From Octopus bimaculoides (taxonomy: Eukaryota), in the NCBI RefSeq assembly GCF_001194135.2, contig NC_068991.1, positions 13,029,445 to 13,093,444 on the forward strand: a stretch of DNA of 64,000 nucleotides, in the 5' to 3' direction. This document shows, one piece after another, positions 24,573-36,737 of the stretch. Position 1 is the first letter of the stretch; each line of letters opens with the position of its first letter. Position numbers and translations under genes: made by a program. The notes below the pieces were generated by a model. That model ran no database searches, had not been told where the DNA came from, and saw only the letters and a program-made list of their open reading frames with translations.

Positions 24573-25039
24573 GTAAGTAACCAGTGTTCATATGTGATTA
24601 TACGTGTATAAGGGTTGCCATTGTGGTGAGCATATGATAATTTCATCCATTGAGTGTTCCTCTTTGAAATGTTACACAAAGGAATTGAGTAATATTAAGA
24701 GAACACTAATAGTAACAGACTTTGCCAACTACTCTACTTAAAGTGAAGTAATGGTGGGCCGAGAGGTCTAACAAAAATTAATGTTCATAATCTGTGATCC
24801 TTTTTTTTTTTTTGTGAAGATAAAATTTTATACTGTATAAATTTTATACTGGCTGTGTGGTCAAGAAGTTTGCTTCCCAACCATGTGGTTTTGAGCTTAG
24901 TCCCACTGCATGGCACTTTGGGCAAATTTCTACTATAGTCTGGGCTCACCATAGCCTTCTGAAATGGATTTGGTTGAGGGAAACTGCAAGAAGTTCATTT
25001 TGTGTGTGTGTGTTTGTCTTCTTGTCTTGACATAGCATG

Positions 25040-25390
25040 ATTGTCGCCTTACTAGCTGGCACTTGTGCCAGTCACACGTGAAAAAACATTCAAGCGAGGT
25101 CTTTGCCAGTGCCGCTGGACTGGCTCCTGTGCAGGTGGCATGTCAAAAACACCATTTTGAGCGTGGCCGTTGCCAGTACCACCTGACCGGCCCTCGTGCC
25201 GGTGGCACGTAAAAGCACCCACTACACTCTTGGAGTGGTTGGCGTTAGGAAGGGCATCCAGCTGTAGAAACTCTGCCAGATCAGATTGGAGCCTGGTGCA
25301 GTCATCTGGTTTGCCAGTCCTCAGTCAAATCATCCAACCCATGCCAGCATGGAAAGTGGACGTTAAATGACGATGATGATGATGATGATG
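25040..25390 (+). mobile_element. SINE family C
   Basis: (GAT)n tail and internal subrepeats. Confidence 0.88.
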
Positions 25391-26100
25391 TTGTAAATGA
25401 ATGCCATTCATTTCCAATATTTTGCTAAAGTGTGTCTGGTCATGAGGGAAATATTACCTTGCTCGGAAACGGGTAAATAAACAACTGGTATATATTAAGT
25501 TCAATTTAGTTGAACTAAATTTTTGGTCTTCCACTTAACTTAAAAAAAAAAAAAATTGTTTGCTTTATTCCCTTTTCTGAGAAATTACTCTTTACTTACA
25601 AAAGAATGAATGAGAAGGGATATCTAGCCATAAATCACTCCAGAGGTAGTCCTGCAAATATGTAAATTTACAAACTCATCTGAACTGTGTATTCTGCGAG
25701 ACACTAGTATATAATTTGTTAGCATCTGTAATGCCAAGAAATTATGTAAGAATAATTATAAAAGCAATGTTTAATTATTGTATTTGGTTTTCAAGATTCT
25801 TGGTGTGAAATCATGTTAAAATAGATTCTGTAGTATCTTGGGATGACTGGTATGTCAATAATAAACACACACACTGATTTAACTTCACTTTATTATTTGT
25901 CAGTTAGCTGTTTACTCAACTAACTGATTAATCGTTTGATTGATTAACTACATCATTAGTCAAATTAATCAATCAGTTGTGTTTGTCAGAGTCCACTTGT
26001 GACCTCTTCAATGACATACCAATCAATGTTTATTTCTTCTATTTAACAAACTGCTGCAACATTTTCATATCTTTTTTCCTTTCCCTTTTTTTTTTAACAG

Positions 26101-26335
26101 TTCGTGATGCCGATACATTGAGGAGAGTACACATTCTGAAAGAAGCTGGTGCCAAAGTGAATGCCGTTGATTGTGATGGCTTGACACCCCTACACTGCTC
26201 TGTGAAAAACAATTTGGGCCAGCTAGACTCTAACATTGACCTTGAAGAATTACTGATTAAAAATAGTGCTGACGTTTTTGCTAAAGACAAAAAGAATCGT
26301 TTGTCTTTGCATTATGCTTTTGGAGATATTGAAAA
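26101..26335 (+). CDS. exon 22, ankyrin (DCDGLTPLHCSV...RLSLHYAF)
   Basis: aacag / gtaaat, phase 1-2. Confidence 0.95.
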
Positions 26336-27041
26336 GTAAATTTTCATTGTTGGTTACAATATTGTTTATTTGTCCAGTTTGTCATTCATTTTATGTCTTT
26401 GTTAATTATTTCTTTTATAATGATAGAATTTTTATAAAATATCCCATTGGGATGTAGAATTAAAAAAGTTACATAGAACCCTCATCCAGTTTATTTTCTT
26501 CATCACACCACTTGCCTCGGCTGAGTCAGTTGTGACTAAGTGTATAAAATATATGTGTAGAAAAATTGATGCAAAGCAGATCTTGTTGTGTAGTTAAGAA
26601 ATTCACTTCACAATCACATGGTTCTGGGTTCGTTTCCAATGCATGGCAGCTTGGACAAATGTCTTCAAACTGACTAATGTTTTTCTGTGTGGTATTTGAA
26701 ATTGAAAACTGTAACGAAGCTCATTAATGCCTGTGATGACACCGGTGCCAAACTGTATTGGCTTTGCCTCTCTCTTGGGCATCATCAGTGGTCTGAAGAG
26801 GAGAAATTTGCATGCATGAGTGAGTCTTAGTGTCCCACGAAATATCTTGCCCAGACATACATCTTGTAGAATAGCTTTCCTAGTCATCCATGACTGAAGA
26901 AGGCCTTAGAGGATATATCACATGGGAAATATCATGAAGAAATTTTCACATAATCATATTGTTAGAATTGTCTGAAGTTTATTTTTGCCATTATTAATCA
27001 AGCGTAATTCTAATTTATATATTTTACTTTATTTTTCACAG

Positions 27042-27198
27042 ACCAGTGTACACCACAGCAGAACCAATTGAACTTGTCCAGTTGTTGACTTCAGCTATGA
27101 GATATTCTCAAATTGATCTTACTGATTTTTTTGGCCAGACACCACTTCATCGTGCCGCATGCCGAGGAGCAACCATTTGTTGTCGACATTTAGTCAAG
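27042..27198 (+). CDS. exon 23, ankyrin (DFFGQTPLHRAACRGATICC)
   Basis: cacag / gtacta, phase 2-0. Confidence 0.95.
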
Positions 27199-27260
27199 GT
27201 ACTATTTTAACTTTTTTTGTCAGTATTTTAAAAAAAATATTTTGAATAAATTATCACATA

Positions 27261-27554
27261 GGCGCAGAAGTGGCTGTGTGGTAAGTAGCTTGCTTACCAA
27301 CCACATGGTTCCAGGTTCATTCCTACTGCGTGGCACCTTGGACATGTGTCTTCTACTATAGCCTCGGGCCGACCAAAGCCTTGTGAGTGGATTTGGTAAA
27401 CGGAAACTGAAAGAAGCTCGTCGTGTTTGTGTGTCTATGTTTGTCCCCCAACATCGATTGACAACCGATGCTGGTGTGTTTACGTCCCCGTAACTTAGCG
27501 GTTCAGCAAAAGAAACCGATAGAATAAGTACTAGGCTTCCAAAGAATAAGTCCT
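27261..27554 (+). mobile_element. SINE family B (cut by N gap); head has a CORE-like ccttgggcaagtgtc motif
   Basis: ggcgcagaagtggctgtgtggtaag head shared with many copies. Confidence 0.9.
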
Positions 27555-28239
27555 NNNNNNNNNNNNNNNNNNNNNNNNNNNNNNNNNNNNNNNNNNNNNN
27601 NNNNNNNNNNNNNNNNNNNNNNNNNNNNNNNNNNNNNNNNNNNNNNNNNNNNNNNNNNNNNNNNNNNNNNNNNNNNNNNNNNNNNNNNNNNNNNNNNNNN
27701 NNNNNNNNNNNNNNNNNNNNNNNNNNNNNNNNNNNNNNNNNNNNNNNNNNNNNNNNNNNNNNNNNNNNNNNNNNNNNNNNNNNNNNNNNNNNNNNNNNNN
27801 NNNNNNNNNNNNNNNNNNNNNNNNNNNNNNNNNNNNNNNNNNNNNNNNNNNNNNNNNNNNNNNNNNNNNNNNNNNNNNNNNNNNNNNNNNNNNNNNNNNN
27901 NNNNNNNNNNNNNNNNNNNNNNNNNNNNNNNNNNNNNNNNNNNNNNNNNNNNNNNNNNNNNNNNNNNNNNNNNNNNNNNNNNNNNNNNNNNNNNNNNNNN
28001 NNNNNNNNNNNNNNNNNNNNNNNNNNNNNNNNNNNNNNNNNNNNNNNNNNNNNNNNNNNNNNNNNNNNNNNNNNNNNNNNNNNNNNNNNNNNNNNNNNNN
28101 NNNNNNNNNNNNNNNNNNNNNNNNNNNNNNNNNNNNNNNNNNNNNNNNNNNNNNNNNNNNNNNNNNNNNNNNNNNNNNNNNNNNNNNNNNNNNNNNNNNN
28201 NNNNNNNNNNNNNNNNNNNNNNNNNNNNNNNNNATATAT

Positions 28240-28590
28240 ATCATCATCATCATCATCATCATAACGTCCACCTTCCATGCTGGCATGGGTTGGACGGTTT
28301 GGCTGAGAACTGGCAAGCCAGAAGGCTGTACCAGGCTCCAATCTGATTTGGCAAGGTTTCTACAGCTGATGCCCTTCCTAATGCCAACCACCCCGAGAGT
28401 GTAGTGGGTGCTTTTTATGTGCCACAGGCATGAGGGCCAGTCAGGTGGTACTGGCACCGACCACGCTTGAATGGTGCTTTTTACGTTCCACTGGTACAGG
28501 AACCAGCTAGGCGACACTGGCAACAATCACGCTCAAATGGAGTATTTTTCGTGCCGCCTGCATGGGAGCCAGTCAGGTGGCACTGGCAAT
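28240..28590 (-). mobile_element. SINE family C
   Basis: (CAT)n tail plus body. Confidence 0.85.
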
Positions 28591-28629
28591 GTATATATAT
28601 ATATATATATGTATATACAGTGGTTGTCT

Positions 28630-29190
28630 ACTCCTTAGGCAGAGTTTGACCACCCTCTGTACCTACACCTTAGCACCATCATGGCATCTGATGTGACTTT
28701 TTAAACCAGACAATGTTCTGAAAAGACATCCACACAGATTGCACATCTGATTTGGACCACCAAGAGCTGCAGATAAGTTCTGATCTTTGTGGTTCTTAAA
28801 ATGTCTTTTGAGGCCTCCATTGGATCTGCATGCAAACCTTCTGGCATACACTGCATTGAAAGGTGTGCACAGACATATATGCAGAATAGTTGGTGGAGGT
28901 TCATTTTCCATGGGTTCACTGATGAGATATGAGCTCAGCCAAAGACAGGCATGGTCTGTCACAGACTGTGCACACAAAAAGGTCATTGCCATTCACCTTC
29001 TCGATCGTTACATTCTTCCTTAGACCTCTTTTGAGTCTTATATGCGTTATCCTGGCCTCTTCAAATGCTTTCGCTCCACTCCACACTTTTGTTCGCCACC
29101 CAACTTGATCCGAAGCAAGGGTTTCCATGTCTTCTGGATCCATTCCAAGTCATTTCATAACAGTCCTTATGCCACAGCGATAAGGTTGTT
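28630..29190 (-). mobile_element. RTE-type LINE 3' end with three C2H2 zinc fingers (pseudogenised)
   Basis: ...ETLASDQVGWRTKVWSGAKAFEEARITH..., followed by CTVC..SHQ*TH, CSVC..RHFKNH, CNLC..SHIRCH. Confidence 0.8.
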
Positions 29191-29283
29191 TATATTGCCT
29201 TTCACTTATTTTTGCAATGTTGTTTTGTTATTCTGGTGTTGTTATTTGTATTGATGAAAATCCCTCGTTTAAACTCCTTCTAG

Positions 29284-29458
29284 TTGTGCACTCATCCTCT
29301 TGCAAATGGGAGCAAATGTCAAAGACAATGTGATAATTCCACCTGTTCCCAAGAATTTGATTTACGAAGCCGACAAGAAACGTAAGCCGATATGGAAGTG
29401 GCAGCCCATCAGAAACATGGCCAAGAGGCCCCAGAAACATGAACACTCTATTTTCCAG
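29284..29458 (+). CDS. exon 24 (CALILLQMGANV...DKKRKPIWKW...SIFQ)
   Basis: tctag / gtatgt; opens in phase 2, so an upstream exon is missing; contains a basic KKRKP patch. Confidence 0.88.
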
Positions 29459-29685
29459 GTATGTCTCAAATATTTATGGATCTTTTCATCAGTTGCTGTT
29501 TAACCCCAGGTCGGACCTGATCAAGTAAACCTTTGATTGAACAGCATTCTAGCTGTGACCATTTATTTTAAGACAGCATTATTTATGTAACACTGTTCAT
29601 ATTCATGCATAGCCAAGCAGTATTATATTCAAATTGTGATTTTAAAACCTCATTTTTTTTTTACCTTTCATTTTTCTCTCATCAG

Positions 29686-29766
29686 GAAGCCATTGGGTCA
29701 GAACTTCAAAATGTTGCATACATGATGTTAGAATCAACTGCAATGGACCTGAAGAGTGGCATTGAG
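29686..29766 (+). CDS. exon 25 (EAIGSELQNVAYMML)
   Basis: atcag / gtaaga, 81 nt. Confidence 0.9.
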
Positions 29767-29818
29767 GTAAGAATGAACACCATGTAGCTTTACACTTGTA
29801 GAACTCACAGCTTAAAGT

Positions 29819-29858
<40 letters not shown>

Positions 29859-30526
29859 GACTTTTATTGAGTCTGGGCCACTTTATACTCTTTTGTACCT
29901 TGGAGGAATTTGAACTCAGAATGTAGTGATGGTCCTTTTCTTTGCCAAATTGCATCAGCTTCTAAGGTACCAGTTCAGCTGTTGTGCCCAGTATACCATC
30001 TACCACAGGATTAATTGTCACCTTTGTGTTCCACAAAATCTTCATCTCTCTCAGACTAGGTCTTAATATTTCTCAGTTTCCTCAATTTTCGTGTATCTAC
30101 TGTGCCATCATATGGTATTATGGTACTTCAGAATCTGTGATCTCACAGCTTTTTTTATTCTCTACGATTATATCTGGTCTCTTTGCATCAATAGTAAGTA
30201 CTGAAGTAAACGTAAAGATAATAGTATACGTATGTTTGTAATGGCCACATTGACTCTTCCATGATACAATTCATTTACTTTGAACACAATAATGTTTTCA
30301 GATTAAATCACTCGTATAACAAGTGCCATACAGTTTTTGCATTATTTACTTGTGATGTGTATTCTTGCTCTTTAATTTAATAATATAACATATACAGAGT
30401 CCATTTAATGTATGCATGTCTGTTGTTCCATAAACACCCATGTAAGCTACCGTATGTGTGTGTGCTTTCTGTTATAATTATAAAAATGAACCATTTTTTT
30501 TTCTCTTTAACCTTCTCTTACTTTAG

Positions 30527-30685
30527 GCTGCTCTGAATGTTAGCAAGTACAACGTTGCCCTCCGTCTCATCAAAAAAGTACATGATATTTCCAAATTGCA
30601 AAGCAGTAATACTGATGGCCGAAATTTGTTCCATATTTTGGCTCTTCGCACCATTCCTGGTCAGCAGACCCAACTGCAGCTTAAG
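30527..30685 (+). CDS. exon 26 (DGRNLFHILAL)
   Basis: tttag / gtaatt, 159 nt. Confidence 0.92.
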
Positions 30686-31024
30686 GTAATTTTTTTTTAC
30701 TAATACTTTGTGTGCTCCCTACATACAATTACTTCTCTAACTCCCTGCAATATATTTTTGAAGTTACCTTTAATATTTCTAGCCCTGGTGATTCTTCTCT
30801 TGGTTATTACTCACACATTTTTTTTTCTACCAATTCAGTTCATGAATTTTGAATATAAACCAAAGAAAAGAAAATTTACAGTAAATTCTGTGAAACTTGT
30901 TTTAGAAAACCGTCAAAACAGATAAAGTCAGAGACAAAATATTAATGATCACAAGTCAAGGACAAGGACAAAATTTGGGTCTTTCTGATTTGGCAGACAC
31001 CATTTTTTATTTAGTGTGTATTCT

Positions 31025-31411
31025 GTGGAGGTGCAATGGCCTAGTGGTTAGGGCAGTGGACTCGCGGTCATAGGATCGCGGTTTCGATTCCCAGACCAGG
31101 TGTTGTGAGTGTTTATTGAGCGAAAACACCTAAAGGCCCCACGAGGCTCCGGCAGGGGATGGTGGCGAACCCTGCTGTACTCTTTCGTCACAACTTTCTC
31201 TCACTCTTACTTCCTGTTTCTGTTGTGCCTGTAATTCAAAGGGTCAGCCTTGTCACACTGTGTCACGCTGAATATCCCCGAGAACTACGTTAAGGGTACA
31301 CGTGTCTGTGGAGTGCTCAGCCACTTGCACGTTAATTTCACAAGCAGGCTTTTCCGTTGATCGGATCAACTGGAACCCTCAACGTCGTAAGCGACGGAGT
31401 GCCAACAACAA
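31025..31411 (+). mobile_element. SINE family A, full length
   Basis: Near identity to the other A copies; tgtgtatt flanking duplication. Confidence 0.92.
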
Positions 31412-31821
31412 CTGTGTATTTTACCGAAACACTTTAAAACTTCGTATACTTGTATATTTTGTCTTAGAGAACAGAGAAAATTTTTTATATTCGAAGTTAT
31501 TTCATGTTAAAAGTTGTTGTATTTTGGTAATTTCAACCAATCACTGATGTCTATTGAGTCGAAAACAATTACTGTTGTGGTTTGTCGACAACACGTTGTG
31601 GTGGTGTGATGAGATCTTTTCCCTTGAATAAGTAGCTTTCAATGAAGTGTTTTGCTCAAGAACACAGCTCACTGCCTGTCTGGTAATTGAAACCACGATC
31701 TTGCAGTTGTGAGTGCGACATTGTAACCATTATATTAAATTATGTTGTGTGTGTAGCTTCTGTGTATTTTGCACATTTGATTAATTAGTGATTTCATTAT
31801 TTTTATTCTATATTTTTGTAG

Positions 31822-31942
31822 ATTGCCGAAATGATGCATGAGAAAAGAGTTTCCTTAAATGACATAGATATGTATGGATGCACTCCTCTCATGTATGCTG
31901 CTTTGCTGCACCAGCCATTCCAACTAGGACACTTCATGTCAA
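31822..31942 (+). CDS. exon 27, ankyrin (DMYGCTPLMYAAL)
   Basis: tgtag / gtaagt, phase 0-1. Confidence 0.93.
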
Positions 31943-32039
31943 GTAAGTAATTGACTCTTTAACATTCACAATAGTCTGTCAAATGTAACACTTACTTATT
32001 CACATTGTTAATTTATCATGTGTCATCTTGCAGTTTCGA

Positions 32040-32815
32040 GACTTCAATTATGATTGTTTACGTTTAGAGTGACATTGTAGATAGGTCTGAGAGGCCAGAT
32101 CTGGGCATTTTGAAATTAAAACAGCTAAAATATTTTGGGCTAGTTTAACCCTTTCGATACCAACCTGGCTGAAACCACCTCTGGCTCTGTAGTACAAAGG
32201 TCTTGTTTTCAAAAGTTCTGAATTAAAATCTTCCACGAAACCTTAGTCACAATTTATGTTCCTAACACTAGCTTAATGATAACTAAGTTATTTTACTAAA
32301 TTCTTTGTTATATTTAGAATTAATTGAAAGAAACACAGAGCATCTCAACAGGNNNNNNNNNNNNNNNNNNNNNNNNNNNNNNNNNNNNNNNNNNNNNNNN
32401 NNNNNNNNNNNNNNNNNNNNNNNNNNNNNNNNNNNNNNNNCCTAACACTAGCTTAATGATAACTAAGTTATTTTACTAAATTCTTTGTTATATTTAGAAT
32501 TAATTGAAAGAAACACAGAGCATCTCAACAGAAATATGCTAAGAAAAGGGTTAAAGTCACCATGATATTTTTAACCCTTTTGGTACCAACCCAGCCGAAA
32601 CCACCTCTGGTTCTGTAGCACAAATGTCTTGTTTTCAAAAGTTCTGAATTAAAATCTTCCACCAAACTTTAGTCACAATTTATGTTCCTAACACTAGCTT
32701 AATGATAACTAAGTTATTTTACTAAATTCTTTGTTATATTTAGAATTAATTGAAAGAAACACAGAGCATCTCAACAGGAATATGGTAATGAAAGGGCTAA
32801 ATGCTAAAGAGTTAA
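32040..32815. mobile_element. MITE F containing a head-to-tail array of MITE E (246-bp period) at its TTAA
   Basis: F left part ends gctagtTTAA and resumes atgctaaagagTTAA; E units are separated by the spacer agtcaccatgatattt. Confidence 0.8.
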
Positions 32816-33584
32816 TCAATTCGTCAAAAGTTAGTTTCTAGTTTGGTATTTGTAATGAGTGTGTGGGATGGCCAAGTGGATTGTGTACTGGGAAACCAGC
32901 TAAACAAGGAGTCAACAGTTCATATCCTGTCAGTGGTAGTATGTGGTTGTATCTGTTTGTATAGCTAAAAGACTTATCTTTCACATGTTCTCAGGACAAC
33001 CTGAATTTTGTGAACGAAATTTGGTTGATAGAAACATGTTCATCATTCTAATTTAGCACCATCACCTTGGCTGCTTTTGGGTACATTTAATGGAGTCCAC
33101 TGTGTTGCAAGCATTCAGGACATGTTTCTGGTCTGAGGATAATTTTTCTCTCACCAGCTTCAGAGTCCCTGAAAAGGGTCGTGTGTGCTACCTCCTTTTC
33201 CTTGGCCATTAAAAGAAGAAAAAAGAGGGCTATTTATTCATTTATCCTTTCAAGACTTTTTAGTTGTATCATATCAGATAGTTTAACATCCATTTTTCCA
33301 TGTTTGCATGAGTTAGAATTGGAATTTATTGTAGTAGATTGTCTACAACCAGATTCCCTTCTTATTGTCAACTTGTTTTCAGGCAAGGTAATATTTCCCT
33401 GTGGCATATCATATTTTTCATAGAAAACTGGTAAAGAAATAATCTTGTATGTATGATAAATATGGTTGTTTACAACCATCATGTGATGTCAAGACGAGGA
33501 CACACACATAAATGATGAACTTCTTTCAGTTTCTGTCAATGAAATCTACAACAAAGACTTCTTTGACTTAAGGTTATATAGTAG

Positions 33585-34338
33585 AAGAAACACAGAGCAT
33601 CTCAACAGAAATATGCTAAGAAAAGGGTTAAAGTCACCATGATATTTTTAACCCTTTTGGTACCAACCCAGCCGAAACCACCTCTGGTTCTGTAGCACAA
33701 AGGTCTTGTTTTCACAAGTTCTGAATTAAAATCTTCCACGAAACCTTAGTCACAATTTATGTTCCTAACACTAGCTTAATGATAACTAAGTTATTTTACT
33801 AAATTCTTTGTTATATTTAGAATTAATTGAAAGAAACACAGAGCACGNNNNNNNNNNNNNNNNNNNNNNNNNNNNNNNNNNNNNNNNNNNNNNNNNNNNN
33901 NNNNNNNNNNNNNNNNNNNNNNNNNNNNNNNNNNNNNNNNNNNNNNNNNNNNNNNNNNNNNNNNNNNNNNNNNNNNNNNNNNNNNNNNNNNNNNNNNNNN
34001 NNNNNNNNNNNNNNNNNNNNNNNNNNNNNNNNNNNNNNNNNNNNNNNNNNNNNNNNNNNNNNNNNNNNNNNNNNNGAAGAAACACAGAGCATCTCAACAG
34101 AAATATGCTAAGAAAAGGGTTAAAGTCACCATGATATTTTTAACCCTTTTGGTACCAACCCAGCCGAAACCACCTCTGGTTCTGTAGCACAAATGTCTTG
34201 TTTTCAAAAGTTCTGAATTAAAATCTTCCACGAAACCTTAGTCACAATTTATGTTCCTAACACTAGCTTAATGATAACTAAGTTATTTTACTAAATTCTT
34301 TGTTATATTTAGAATTAATTGAAAGAAACACAGAGCAC
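33585..34338. repeat. Circularly permuted MITE E unit(s), 246-bp period, spanning an N gap
   Basis: aaacacagag recurs at 33588, 33834, 34080, 34326. Confidence 0.75.
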
Positions 34339-34466
34339 GTAGCCTCCTGTAATTTGTCTGGTACTTATTTTATCAACTTCTATTACTCATCTGAGAACAT
34401 ATTAGTGGTTGATTCATAAGCAAACATAAGCAATGTTCTGTTAAACTTTCTGTTGTTTCTTATTAG

Positions 34467-34575
34467 GCAAAAATTCTCAACTTGACATCAAACACAAAGA
34501 CCGATATGGACGTGATGTCATGGCAGCTTTCTTCTGGAACTACGATAAAGTTAGTGACATCAATAATGAAGCGAG
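34467..34575 (+). CDS. exon 28 (DRYGRDVMAAFFW)
   Basis: attag / gtatgt, phase 1-2. Confidence 0.9.
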
Positions 34576-35347
34576 GTATGTTTAAATTGCTGTTTTACAT
34601 ATACAAAAAAAAAATTCCTTTTAACTTTGATAATTATAATTTTTGAGACTATTAATTATCTGTAGGGATGAAAAAAATTTCCAATATTTATACCTATGCA
34701 ATGAGTTGATCAATCCATGCATTAATATCCTATTCCTTTTGATAAAAATGTTATTCTTGGTTAAGTACTAAATCCAGCCTGTTTCTTCTATGCATTGAGG
34801 AATAAGCCCCCATATACTCAACAGAGTTAAATTGATCAAAATATAAGTGCAGATTGGGGAATGTATATTATGTTGCAATATATATGCGTAGTTTGAATGA
34901 AGTATTGCCTGACAAATGTATGTTTTTTTATTAAAGCCAAAACGATGCAAATTTTTAGAAATAATACAAGTTGATGGTTTATACTTTTGTCTTGTACTTC
35001 AGTATTTCAGTATTCTTTTCTAAATAAGGCAGTGAGCTGGCAGAATCATTGGCATGGTGGGCAAAATACTTGGTGGCGTCTTGTCTGTCTTTATGCTCTG
35101 AGATCAAATCCACTGGGGGTCAACTTTGCCTTTCATTCTTCCCAGGATCTATAAAATAATAACCAGTTGATGTAATCGACTTGCCTCCTTCCCCAAAATT
35201 ACTAGCCTTGTCCCAAAATTGGAAACCAATATTCTTCTCTAAATATTTCCTGAAAATGGGGGTCCTAATTCTGAAATATTGAATTACAAAATAAAAGTAT
35301 TTCTTATACCTTGCATGTTTTGGCTTAAAAAAATAGAAATGCAGACG

Positions 35348-35378
<31 letters not shown>

Positions 35379-35387
35379 ATACATATA

Positions 35388-35419
35388 TCATCATCATCAT
35401 CATCATCGTTTAACGTCCG

Positions 35420-35456
<37 letters not shown>

Positions 35457-35610
35457 TCATCGTTTAACGTCCGCTTTCCATGCTAGCATGGGTTGGACGA
35501 TTTGACTGAGGACTGGTGAAACCGGATGGCAACACCAGGCTCCAATCTAATTTGGCAGAGTTTCTACAGCTGGATGCCCTTCCTAACGCCAACCACTCAG
35601 AGAGTAGTAG
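35388..35610 (-). mobile_element. SINE family C, 3' part with duplicated terminus around (TA)n
   Basis: catcatcgtttaacgtccgct occurs twice. Confidence 0.85.
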
Positions 35611-35763
35611 CGTGAGAAAACAATTTATCTCTTTTTGCTGTATAAAAAGTTAATATAGAAATGAATAAAAACCATTTAAAAAAATATCTTTCTGTTAAAA
35701 TCCTTCCTTTTTCCCAACCTAATTTATGTTTTCCTGTCCTGTTCTTGTTTCATTCACTTCTAG

Positions 35764-36031
35764 GGAATGGTTAACAATGTTGATGAAGCTCGGCGCTTCG
35801 CTTGATATTTTGTTTGACCTACCTCCACCTCACCATCTTCTGTTTGGAGAACAAATCAGTTTTGAAAGAACCAACTATTTCAGCCGCTGTGATGGCCCTC
35901 TCATCACACCTCTCATTTTTGCCATTTGCTCCTACAATAACAATCTAGTTAGGTATCTCTTGAAAAACGGAGCTTCTCCAAACTTTGCTGATGAAAAAGG
36001 TTTGACACCAATAATGCATGCAGTGAAAAAG
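35764..36031 (+). CDS. exon 29, ankyrin (ITPLIFAI...DEKGLTPIMHAVKK)
   Basis: tctag / gtaagc, phase 2-0. Confidence 0.95.
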
Positions 36032-36111
36032 GTAAGCACACAACAAGCAGAAAATTCCTTGTCAGTTTTGAATATGATGTTAATTTATTAATTGTATGTT
36101 TTGCCATCTGA

Positions 36112-36420
36112 TGTAGAGGGTTTGTAAGACACAGTGTGAGATGACTGTCGTTCTCGTAAGGCCTAACTCATCGTAAGGTAAATACCACCATGACCGATAT
36201 CCAAACTACAGTGGAGAAGGCTGGTCACTGGATTTGGTTAAAAAGAGATGATGAGCGATAGCTAGAGAAATATCGAGCTTTGTTTAATAACCAGTTGATC
36301 TAGCAAGCGGGGCCTCATATCAGTGAGGTGGGGGGGGGGGGCATTGATGTCGTCGAGAGGTAGGCCCCGAAACGGCACACATTCTCTCCTGATGACCCCC
36401 ATACACTTGCTGGCTTCCAG
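36112..36420 (+). mobile_element. 3' end of an RLE non-LTR retrotransposon, HERO-like
   Basis: CRGFVRHSVR...TTVEKAGHWIWLKRD* matches the GCRGFV...AEKxSxWLWLKR C-terminus of HERO-type ORFs. Confidence 0.7.
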
Positions 36421-36737
36421 TATGCAGAGTTCTTGACTGGTAGCACTTGGATGTGCAAGTTGTTCGCAAGACATGCCATCTGACTGTCCTGGCTGGTCCC
36501 TGTGATCTAACTGGTATTTTCTCTTGCCTAGTTCACATGAAATTTTGACTTGATGTACATAATCATATGTCATACTGTAAAGATTTTTGTTGGTTAAGAA
36601 CCTAAGTTAAAATGTAAATAATGATATCATCAGTTGGGTAGCAAACAGGGTCAGATATCTTTAGTTTTTGTTAAATACCTTAATATTGCTGTAGATGTAA
36701 AATAGATGATGACAAACAATTTCTATTCTCTGTTTAG

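Noticed and set aside
36355-36400. Canonical hammerhead or HDV-like ribozyme
   Set aside because: CTGATGA and GAAAC are present, but I could not pair stem II or fit stem I or an HDV topology. Kept only as an unassigned conserved motif.
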